A DNA stretch of 64,000 bases from Amoebophrya sp. A120. Lineage: Eukaryota; Protista; Dinoflagellata. The stretch is from NCBI GenBank assembly GCA_905178155.1, contig CAJINV010000003.1:4956830-5020829 (forward strand), in the 5' to 3' direction. The first letter of the stretch is position 1, and each line of letters opens with the position of its first letter. Position numbers and translations under genes: made by a program. Below, piece by piece: positions 48,354 through 59,161 of the stretch. Below the pieces are notes generated by a model, which was given only the letters and a program-made list of their open reading frames with translations, was not told the DNA's origin and searched no databases.

Positions 48354-48887
48354 TCACTGAATACTCAGCAAAAGGTGCCTGAAGTAGCCCTGGCCGTTCC
48401 CGGCGTTATTCACGCCATTACCTCCACAACTGGCCTCCCGTGATCTTAGCTGAAACCTGACGCCGCTCGGGAAGATGGTGCCTTTCGCAAGGTCTGAAAA
48501 CGACGGGCGATACTTCAGTTCAGCCAGCGGCGCCGTGGTTGAAAAAGCGGAAAAATCGTGGTACTTCTGGTGAAGTTCCGCCTTGACATACTCGATTAGG
48601 CCGTCTTCCAGCAAAGGTTCTACTTCGGATGCCCAGAATTTTTTATCGGAGCTGCATTGATTCGGACCTGCTGTCAACTCGAACAGATACGTCAGCGTGA
48701 ATCTCGTTGCTAGGGCGTCGTAGCTCGAGTAGAGGGGCGCATGCTTCCACCAGGGCTGCATTCCCGCGGCCGTGGCGGCTACACCTACTCCGTGCCGGTC
48801 CAGCTCGATGAAAAGGGCTACGAGTCGGGTTGCTCGCGCCGCGGTAGCAAGTAGACTACACCTTGTACGGATAGTAGTCATTGCCAA
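48354..48887 (-). CDS. Hypothetical protein exon (possible signal peptide)
   Basis: 177-aa ORF co-oriented with its neighbours; no domain recognised; probably continues by splicing. Confidence 0.35.
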   Translation of the reverse strand: MAMTTIRTRCSLLATAARATRLVALFIELDRHGVGVAATAAGMQPWWKHAPLYSSYDALATRFTLTYLFELTAGPNQCSSDKKFWASEVEPLLEDGLIEYVKAELHQKYHDFSAFSTTAPLAELKYRPSFSDLAKGTIFPSGVRFQLRSREASCGGNGVNNAGNGQGYFRHLLLSIQ

Positions 48888-49944
48888 GGAGGAAATTGGT
48901 TATCGAAAGAATAAAAAGCAAACCAAAATCAGGAAGTGATCGTAAAGAAAACCACCTAGCGGGGGTGCTAGGGCAGCTGGGGACTACATAAGGGGAATTT
49001 ATTGTTGAAAAAGCAATACGACTTCTTTCTCTTGTAACTTGTCAGTTTAGCGAAGCGGGTTCCGAGAGCTGTCGTCTCTTTGTCCAAAGATTTTTTTAAT
49101 ATTCATTGGCCCAAAAACATCGCGGGAAATGTAGGAGTGGTGGCTGCAGACATCATGATCATACGACAAACACCTCGTCGCGCTTTTCCATTTTAGTGGA
49201 CGAACCGAAAATCAAAATTGACGCAGAAAGCAACACCGAACAAACATGAGGAATACGGCCCTCTTCTAGTGCATCCGAATATTCTTCAAGCCCACAAGCA
49301 CAAGTTCGACTTGCGTCTTATACAAATCACTTCGACCGACGTCCGTGGCGGCATACCGCCATTATTTCGTCGTGTGAACGAAGCTACCTGATTCAGAGAT
49401 GACCGACCACACCTTTAGCGATACTGGTTGATTCCGAGACCGACGAAGCTACCTGACTACGAGACTTCGAAACCTTCGCACCGATGTTGCGATACATACC
49501 GCAGATTGGACTAAGATCCAACAGGCAGAACGCAGTTTACCATGATAAAAACTCGCATCGCAATCGAAGGTCCGCACTCATTAGATGCGCGTCCTGTTGT
49601 ATGTGAAACAAATGTGATTTTGCAGAAAAGTCGGGTTTCAGAGAGATGTGACACGAAGATGTCGAGCGAACTTCTCGCCGGCTCAGGGGATGAGCCCTCG
49701 TTCGGATTCCAAAGAGGATGGTGAAAAGTCGCACAAACCTTGTTGCACGTCGTGTCCTATTAGAAAAAAGAAATGCACTCTTGAAGATGGCAAACTTGGT
49801 GGAGTACAAACAGAAGCGCAACGCCGACATCGTAATGGTGCATTAATTTCGGTGACGCCGCAAGCATTCTCAAAAACAAAAAGGCATTGGTAGAACTTGT
49901 TCTTTGTTGTCAAGCCACATGAAGATAGATACAGAGAGACTATC

Positions 49945-52348
49945 TTAGCTTTGATCGCAGATTTGGTCGATGAGCGCAAGAACGGCCTTTCCCAGGGCTT
50001 ATGGAGGGGAAATGGATGATATCGGAGCCCGACAACCACCCAACTATTCGCAGGCGCTGCTTTTTGTTTTTGTTTTTTCTTTTCTAGACCGGAAAATAAT
50101 GCAAATGCCAGCGTCGTGCCCCTAACAGCGAGACCACGCGTTCCCTCATGCTGCATTCTCGCGAGACACGACAACCATTAGTATCCGACGGCGACACTTT
50201 CAGTGTTGCTTGTACCATGACAAAAAATATGCCGAAACTAGAAGTCTAATTGGGCCGCCGCCGCCAGAGCTCGGAAGGATCAACCGTGTGTCCCCATCCA
50301 TAACCCTTCGTCGGTTCCCTGGCAGGTCAGCGGGTAGCAGGGCATCGGATCGTCGATGGCTGTGAGATTCGACATTTGGATCACGCAGCCGCTAACCCGA
50401 TGCAGTTTGGCCAGGTCGAGCAGCTGTAATCGCGATTGGGGCACTAGAAAATCCAGATTCGCCGTTGTTAAGTTGCGCAGTTCCCGGATAGCTGACACGA
50501 TGCCCTCTGGTCTACCCCAAAACTCCATCAAGAAAGGCAGTACTCCCAGTGTGCCATCCGAGTTGTACCTGCAAATACACGCCCAGTGTCGTATATTGGC
50601 ACGCAGTGTAGCACAGACCCAGAGGAACTGAATGCTCTCGAGGACCAAACACGCAAAACATGCGCACCGCACCGCAGCGCGATTCGGCTTCAAGATCAAA
50701 AGTACACTCATCATCCATCATGAATGATAGATTCCTTATCCGCGCTAGTTGTATTTGAAATGACGTTAAAAATACACTTACCACTCGAAAGCCCGTACGC
50801 TGACATTGTGGCGGTCTTCGCATTATCAAATGCAAAAGTGTCTGGGTCTGGGAGATTGCAACTTGTCATGGTAAATCTGAAGCATGCAAAAAACTGTGTT
50901 GCATGAGTGCCAAAAGCTGTCCACTTTTGACCAAGTTGGAACGGAGTTTCTCATGCAGAACAGGCATACCAGAGACCTCGCAGAGTCTGTCATGCTAAGT
51001 CCCGCATTTCAGACCTCATGGGTTATGGAAAAGCTGCATGACAAGTCTACACTCTTCCAGACCCAGACATTTTTACATTTGATACGTATTCTGGTACTTT
51101 CGCTCCGTCTTCCGAAAAAATTCGTTTACCCTCTGCGATTGGGAGCAGGAGCCGCACCACCTGGCGTTGTTGATTTTGCATGATATTATATCCCTGAACC
51201 ACACATCAGGCCATCGAGGGAAAAGCACAAGACCAAGAAAAACAAAGTCCGCTACGAGAATTCAACCAAAACAGAATCATTTTTTTTTTTTAACAATGAA
51301 TTACCTGCCTCGCTACGACGTTTGAAGCGCCGAGTCCCTGGGAATCCTGATACAGAAAGAATTCGCAGATAACTCCAACCCGCAAGCTTTTCCTCTGCGC
51401 CCCAACGATGTCATCAGCATGGCAGAAAACTCGTCCTGGTGGCAGAAGAATTGGTAACATTTCTTATGTTATTGATTCGCTGCTGCGAATGCGAATCTCA
51501 ACATCTACACAAGGATCGCAGAAAACAACCAGCCGCTTTCAACTGACGCACTTTCCTTTTTCTCATCATTGCAGGTCTCAGGCATAAAAACTGCAATTCT
51601 TGCCGTTTCTCTTATCATCATTACATCAGAAGTAGAACCACGTGCAGAAATCGATAGCACCTTACCCTGATGTCGGTCGAGCTCCGGATGGTCGATGGGC
51701 TCCAGTGACTCAATTATCGCCAAGAAAAACCCATCCCTCACTTACAGCATCAACAGTTCCCCTTTAGTTGAAACGAGGTTTTGCAACGCAAGTCCAACGC
51801 TTTGTTTTAATGAAGCATGTGCACCGAAGGGCACAATGATCCGGAACACGGGCATGATCGCTAGATGAGCTACTGCTGATCCGTTACAACTATAGAACGT
51901 GAAACATACAAATTTCTAGAGCTGGAAACAACATAAGAGATCCAACTCTGCGACATGACAAAAGAAAACTAAAAAACGTTTTTGCGTCTATAAATTTCTG
52001 CCGAACCAGTAAGTACTTGGGTCTTGGTAAGGGACTGCTTTTTTCCCGCGATATCAATCCAGCCGTAGTTATTCTTCCATGCGTTTTATCAAGTGCAAAC
52101 GTGCCCTGTTCGACGTGCACACATGTCAGTATCTCCCCACGTGGCTGTCGTTGTCTTTTTGAATCATGCCTATTTTCTCTGAATGAGAAACAACATTCAG
52201 ATTCATCTTTGGTCCTCGCGAAACTGCATGCAATAGTTGCGCCGGTGTGTCCTCGTACTTCCGACACATTTGCAGTTGATAAGACGACTCGTCCCGCGAA
52301 AGGCACGTCGCTCAGTTGATATCGCGGCTCTGCGTAGGTGTAGGTCAT
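49945..52348 (-). CDS. Dinoflagellate-type cold-shock domain plus KH-like protein, multi-exon
   Basis: Manual exon joining: PRYQLSDVPFAGRV...IESLEPIDHPELDRHQGRVFCHADDIVG...VICEFFLYQDSQGLGASNV (CSD-like), then VVRLLLP...MEFWGRPEGIVSAIREL...CQGTDEALGKAVLALID (KH-like). Confidence 0.6.
50000..50302. mobile_element. Decayed introner (short TIR tatggagggga / tccccatccata)
   Basis: Removing 303+5 nt (GG...AG register) gives GTDE-ALGKAV in frame; TSD only partly conserved. Confidence 0.5.
50824..51084. mobile_element. Family-A introner (261 bp), opposite internal orientation
   Basis: TIRs; flanks cgcat/cgtat. Internal sequence is reverse-complement-similar to the copies at 34644 and 38895. Joins VPEY-EDRHNV. 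Confidence 0.9.
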
Positions 52349-53496
52349 CTTATTCAATTTTTCTGAACGCGATCGAGGTCCTTGTATCAAGCTCGAGGAG
52401 CCTTCAAAAATGTGCGTCAAACGTCAGAGACAAAAACCAGCGCGAGATCTTCTGAACAGACATACAGATGAGGCCGCTTTGAACGAAAGGAAGATCTTCG
52501 CTTTCAAGCATTTGAGGAAGAAATAGACCCGCTTTGCTTCGATTTTCAGCTCTTCAGCAGTACGACGAACAATAGAAAAAATTCGGCAGGGAAAAATGAC
52601 CGCCTAGTCGAATCCTCGTGGCACTTGCGTCCAAAGGACGTTGCGACAGTTTGATTTTCACTTAACATCGCCATGTAATATACTACATCCAACGTTGGCA
52701 AAGTCCAGGAGCCTGAAACTAACTGCAAATTGTGCAGTCCGACTCAAAGTTGAGATGAAAATGAGGCCAAAATCATACAAATTGAAGGCTTTCCACGTCT
52801 TAAAAAATTGCTTTTTCAGGTGATGAATCTTCGTGGTATAAAATCTTTTTACTCATATGGTCGCGCATTACCTTCCGGCCAGACTCGCAGTTTCTGTATT
52901 TCCTTTTCCAGGAGGATAATAAGTACAATCCGAGCCTTGACATCGGCGGAGCGACAGGAAGAGTTCGATTGTGTGCAACTTTGCTGAAGACGACGATTTT
53001 CTATCGCTCAAGACTATTACTTCTCCGGATCCGCCTCTCGCCGGGCATTTTGGACGTGCTGCTCTCCAGAAAGAACCTTGTAAGGAATACAACTGGGACT
53101 ACAATACTTCTGTCGTGTCACTTCACAGTTCAAAGATTCGCGGTCCAGCTACGAGCGCACGAAAAGAAATCTATACTAATACAAATGCATGATTCGTTTT
53201 TGCATCAAATACTGCAAAGAATGACGTCGACATTACTTAAAACCCTTGTTCGCGGACATTAAATATTTCTATTTTTTGCGAGTATCACAAACTGTTTCTA
53301 CACAAACGCATCTATCAGATAAGAGACAGTAGTAGTACAGGGACGACGAGGACATAGTTGCACGTTACAGAATTTGGTGCTCGCATCTTCTCGCGTGCGA
53401 GTTACTGTTTCTGAGACATTACAGAAACATCGGTTGAGAGATGCTGCAGTTGACAGACCTACGGAACAAGACCACAGGCTGACGCAGGTTTTTGGC

Positions 53497-56400
53497 TCAG
53501 GTGAGACCGGAGAGTACGAGCCAGGAGAGGTCCGGCGGTGGGTCGGAGCGGGTGAGTAGCTCGTGTATGGCGTGGATTTCGCTGTCTGCCTCGGACGTCG
53601 TGAGCTCTACGTCCACGCCGTTCTCGGAGGTGACCAGGGCCTGCGACCAGAGCCGCAGCAGGGTCAATTCGGCCAGCAATTCCTCGATCGTCGGCTCCGG
53701 TAGCAACTTGACCGTTTTGCAGCGCACCCGCAAAAAATGCCCACTATGCGCGTTGATGCCCTCGTACCGGCCGGACTGCATCCAAATCTTCAGAGGCGAG
53801 TTGGCGTTGCCGGCAGCCACGCGCGCGGCAGCTTCCTGGTTCAAGTGGGCCGTGTTACCTAAGTCAACCGCGGCGGTGGGGGAATGACCGCCGCTTTCTG
53901 GTAAAAGTTCCTCCTGCGTGGTCAAACTGGAGGCTGTTCTTGCTGCGCCTTGCGAATGATCAACAACGAGACCACTTCCCTCCTGCTCCCGACCATCCTG
54001 TTTCATCCCGGCCGCCCCACCAACGAGCCCTTGCTTCTCCTCCGAGCTCGCGGTGTTGAGTAGGGAACTGTTATTCATGTCTATCTTAGAGTTATTGTTG
54101 TCCGCAGACGAAGAGGTGGGGGAAGATGTTGACAGCAGGTTCGGTAGACTACACGACGAATCTGGGACGACACCAGCAGCTCCGGTCGCTGTGCCTGAAG
54201 TTGTGCTGCCAGAAGGGCAAGCGGCGAAATTGTTTCCATCAACTTGCTCCACGGAGCTGGCCACATCTGACACGGAAGAGGTAATCGTCGCGGTCAGGGG
54301 GACGACGCCGGCGGTCGAGCTGCTATTCGTATCGCGGAGAAAAAAAGCCAGCGTCATGCCAGAGATATTGGTGCTGCAAAACGAGATGAAAGAACACGCA
54401 TGAAATTATCTCTGCCTGCTCTCCTAGCTTAAAACCCTGGCTGCGGGCCTGGCCCGATCGCGGATGCCTTTGCTCAGATCTGCTTTTGCACTTCGCAACT
54501 GAGTATGATTATGCACTGTAGCTTTTTTCCGTTTCCTATTTCACATACCGCTCGTAGTAGTCATTGATCGCGGTTTGCGTGCCGATCCGCTCGAAGTCTG
54601 AATCGCCGATGGAAATCACGTTTTTCCAGGTCTGCCCAGGGTACTGCAGGTACAGCTGTCCCACGCCGTCCGCGATTGCCAGGGCCTTCATGCACACGTA
54701 CCGCTCCTCGGGCGAGGAGTTGTTTTCCACCGGCACCATTTTCCCGTACTCCGAGGCGTACAGCATCGGGATTTGCAGTTCCTCAAACACGCACTTGTGC
54801 AGGCGCGGGGTCAGATGCTTCGAGCTCATCTCCACCCAGGGCGCCTTGGCCAGCGTGACCAGCAGCACGCGGCCCTGGACCACGAGGTTGCGGAGGAGTA
54901 AAATGGCCTCCTGCTCCAGGTGCCGCAACTTCGCCTTCAACTGCTCGCACCGCGGGCCCTCCTCCACCTGCCACTCGAGCGGGTACTTGTAGCTCAGACC
55001 CACGTCGCCGCGCACCCAGGTGGTCGGGTACAGCGTATCGTCCCAGTCCAAAACGATCACGGTTTGCTCCCGGCTCGCGAACTCCAGGTAGCTCTCCCGC
55101 CGCTTCTGCCGGGACGAGGGGCTCAGCTGCTGCATCTTCGCGAGCAGCATCTCGACCGACATGCGCCGGTGCGCCAACGGATCCACCGACCGCCCCATCG
55201 TCTTGCGCCGCCCGCCGTCGGCGCGGGAAAAGAACTGGTCCTCCTCGGAAAACGAAGAGCTGGAGGACGAACACGAGCTGCTGCTGGAACTACTGGAACA
55301 GCTGCCGCTTTTCTTCGCAGCTCCGGGTGCTCCACCAGCTTTGACGTCGAGCAACTGTGTCGTGTCGGAAGATTTTTGCATTTCCCGTGATCCATCTGCG
55401 GTGAAAGTACTACTCGTGCCGTTGTCAACATGGAGGATCCCCCCCGCGCTGTTGTTATTAACGGGTCCTACTAAAGAACCGCTGCTCGGAAACGCACTGG
55501 AGGACTGCGAGGACCGTGCCTGGTCCCCGTCGGAAGTGAAGGCGTCGTCCGGGGTTTCGGCCGGGTGAATCACGCTCAACCGGGTCCGCTGGTTCGGGTT
55601 CGGCAGCTGCGGCTTGTGGTCGGACAAATCCTCTTCGACCGCGAATTTGCGCAACTTCTTCATCCAGGCGCGCCGCAGGATGGCGGACTCTGCGGCAAAC
55701 AAGAAGCTCCCGGCCAATGGGTGCACCAGGCAGAAAGCGGCGCGCTCGTCGAGGAGCCCCGCGGCGGCGACCACGTGCTTCTCGGGGATTTCAATTTTGT
55801 ACTGACTCACGTCAATCGCAACATCCGCCGGGATGCCGCTGCTCCGGGGGCTGCACCCGTCGAGCAGGCTGAGCTCCAGATACAAATGCAGGGCCCCACT
55901 CGGATCCAGCACCCCGCGATACTCTTTCGGGGCGCCGTGCGCGCTACTGGTGGTGGCAGCTTGGTCGTTACTGGAGGAACTCGCGGCGCCGGAGGGCGGG
56001 GCACTACTGCCGTCGGCGGCGGGGGGTGCCACCATCGTCAGTAGACCGACATAATTCCCGTCCCGCTGCTTCGAGGCCATCTTGAGCAGTTTCGAGCTCT
56101 TACGCTCCGGGGTCGCCTCGGCGACCACCCGCGCGGGAAGGTCGCGCGCGTCGAAAGACCGGAGCCACTCCTCCGCTGGAGAAGGGACGCGGCAATCGAA
56201 AAGGTGCAGGTACCCGTCCTCCGGGTGATAGCACAAAGACTCCCGGACGAGCTCCAACCGCAACTGCGTCGCACTCAGCTCTCGGTCGTCGAACCCGAAG
56301 TCCGCGGCCGGGAGATAAAAAGACTCTTCATCGCCGCTTCCCTTGCGCAGCGGCACGGCGGTATCGCTCGCTTCGGGGGGATCTGCAGTGTAGTATTCGG

Positions 56401-59161
56401 AGCTGCACAGCTTCAACTTTTTACCCCTTTGTTTAAAAATGTTTTGTTCCGTATGTACTGGTGACCGGTGCTCAAGCACGACATTTAGTACAACCTTTTT
56501 ACACTGTGATACTCTTCCTTCTCTCCTCTTCTTGATCATCAGTAAACAGCACAGTGGACGAACAATGTTTACAAATGTGTACCAACGCCGGGCTTCTGCG
56601 AATGCGAATGCGGATCCAGCAACCGTAAATTGCCATCTCGGTAAACGAGGCGCGCGGAGGAGGCGGCCGCGGGGTCGTGGTTCGGTTCGTCTTCTTCGCA
56701 GTGTAGGTCGTGTATGGTGAGCAAAAGCGTCCCCATCCCGGAGTCAAGATGGCGAATGTGCTACACAAATCAACCAGCTTTGCCCGTTGCGCATGACAAA
56801 TTTGGACTCGCAATGTAGTGGTGTTTAGCTAGTGAAGCAGCATCACAGATCTAGCATAGCATGCGGATGCGCGCATCACAAATCGCAAAACACCAGTAGA
56901 AACTGCTTTTCATGGGTCTCCGCATGAGAAACATTTTCAGCATGCAGATTTGCATTACAACTCTGGGGTGGGGACGTTTTTACAAATGATATCGTGAAAC
57001 AGGAGTTCATGCAGCCCGCCCGCGGCAGTCAGACGATCCTCCGGCTCCCATCGCAGCAGCCTTATGGACGCGTCAGGATCGAAATCAACAAAATCGAAAT
57101 AATTTGTGACGCATAACATCGATACCAGTTGGGGCCTCAGTTTCCAATGACAAATTTCGGGAGCACCAAAATCCAGCCTGTCATACTGTTTGGGCAAATA
57201 AGACTGCACCTCTGGCAGCGCATCGACTTCCCCTATATAGGCTTACAATCGGTCTCATTTGCCTGCTCCCCAACACGGGCGATGCGTGCCCTATATTTTA
57301 TGCATTGCAAATTTTTCGACTTTGTCGATTTCGATTCTGACACTCCCATAAGCCTGTTCAGCAGAGTAACTGCATCACGCGCCATCTCGTCGCTTTCCTT
57401 GTGAACGTACTCCCATTCAAAGACAGATTCTGGCTTCTGCGGTCCCACTTTCAACTCTCGACTGCAACGAGCTAGAAACTCGCAACACTTTTCGCTCGGG
57501 ATGTCAGCCGTCCAATTCTGCGGAGGCGCGCCCAAAAGTTTCACGATACTGCGAAGCACATCCTGTTTTAGTTTTATCATATGCAAAATTTTTTGTACTG
57601 AGTTGTTGCATTTTCGCAATCCCATGCTCGGTGACTGAAATCGATCTTTTTTGGCGGTTTCGTCTCGAACGCGGAAACAAACTGCTTTCTTTTTTTCCTC
57701 TCCAGCGAAAAGATGAAAGCGCAAAAAATATACTTTTCCTATTCACAATACCGTGGTGCTATTTCCGAAGAAGCACACGGTGCCATCTGCGATGAGCTCC
57801 GCCCAGATGCAGCCTAAGCTCCACATGTCCAACGAGGGCGAACAGCGGGCCTTTCCGCACAAAGCTTCCGGCGGTCGGTAGTACCGAGAACACACGTACT
57901 GAGTCATATTCGGCTGCTTCGCAGTAGATGTTGCAACAACGTCGGCCTGCGTAGTTCTGCTCGTTCCCAGAGAGGACGCAGCTTTCGACCCCGGCGGGCA
58001 AACGATCCTCGCCAACCCGAAATCACAGATCTGCAGATCCCACCCCGTGCTGACCAGCAGGTTTTTCGGTTTTAGGTCGCGATGCACCACCCCGGCCGAG
58101 TGGATCCACTTCAGCCCGCGGAGGCACTGGTACATCAGGAAGAGGTGGTGGTTCTGGTCCATTTGCAAGTCCCGGCGGCGGAGCAGGTTGCCCAGGTCCG
58201 TGTCCACCCGGTCCGTGACTAAATACACGTGCGCAAAGTCGGCGCCGGACCGCGCGAAGTAGACCGCGTCCGGGTGCAGCACGTTCTCGTGCCCGCGGAG
58301 GTACCGGAGCAGGCGCAGCTCGCGCAGCGTCCGCCGCGCTGTCTGCAGGTGCTCGAACACGTTCTCGATCTTCTTCACAGCCTTGCGGTGGTGCTTGCCC
58401 TTGGAATCCGTCCACGAGGTGGCGTACACCACGCCGTAGGCGCCCGCGCCGAGGATGGGCACGTCGTTGGCGAGGACGTGCGCGGCCGGCAGCTCCACGT
58501 CGGTACTCCCCGGGACGCTGCGGGCGGTGACGGCCGCGTTGCGGAGGGAAAACTCCGCCAGCCAGGCCTCCTCCGGATTCACCGGGGCGGCTTCCGGCTG
58601 CTCGCTGTTCCTGCTGCTGGCGGCGTACCCGCGCGCTGCCGCGGAGAAGCCGGCCAGCGACTGCGAGGAGTTGGCGCTGCCGCCCGTCGCCGCAACCGAT
58701 TCGGGACTCGTTCGCTCCGTCACCTGCGACGACGAGTCCACATCCAGCAGGTTGTTCTGCCGCAATTGCTGGCTGTTGCTCGCAAAGCTCCCGCGCTTGT
58801 TGCGGCTCACGCGCTTGGGGGGCGGCAGTTCCCCATTGGTGTCCGGAAAGTTCTCCTGAATTGCTGTTTTGTGTTTTACGAATTAGACCACCACTTTGTG
58901 GCTGCTACCTGTAGATTGAATTTTGGACACCTTCAGTGAAAGCAGCTCTTTTCTTGTTTTCCAGTTAAGAAGTGTATCACTTCTACACGGCAAAATCAAA
59001 TTAATGTCTACCTGCGATTGGTGGCTGCAGTTGCTTTTCGAGGAGCGACCGGAAAGCTCTGGATCCCAGTTGCTCGTGCACCCCCTGTGCGTACCGCGTC
59101 CATTCAGGTAGTGTGAACGAAGCGGCTTCTCCGTACGCATTGCGACGGAGCTGCAGGCCAT
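53497..59161 (-). CDS. MAP kinase (TQY loop) apparently continuous with a PH domain and a HAD-like (DWDDT) domain
   Basis: GAGAYGVV, AVKKI, RTLRELRLLR, HRDLKPKN, ICDFGLAR, MTQYVCSRYYRPPE and LHCEEDEP. The MAPK tail DFGFDDRELSATQLRLELVRESLCYHPE begins the 54536-56539 ORF, which then carries a PH-like FAAESAILRRAWMKKL and HAD motifs LDWDDTL and SIGDSDFE. Confidence 0.75.
56713..56991. mobile_element. Family-E-like introner (279 bp), TSD TCGTG
   Basis: TIR aaaagcgtccccatcccggagt / actctggggtggggacgttttt; exact TSD; joins LLFH-DLHCEEDEP. Confidence 0.9.
57063..57350. mobile_element. Family-F introner (288 bp), TSD AGCCT, GC-AG register available
   Basis: Imperfect ~55-bp TIR containing gtcagRatcgaaatcRacaaa; exact TSD; joins TLLNR-LLRWEPEDR. 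Confidence 0.92.

Noticed and set aside
30049-51084. Repeated ~30-bp sequences as a possible CRISPR array
   Set aside because: The repeats are dispersed inverted pairs with TSDs in a eukaryotic gene context; there is no repeat-spacer array and no cas gene.
57563-57751. MAPK intron as another introner
   Set aside because: Canonical GT-AG intron with no inverted repeat or family similarity.
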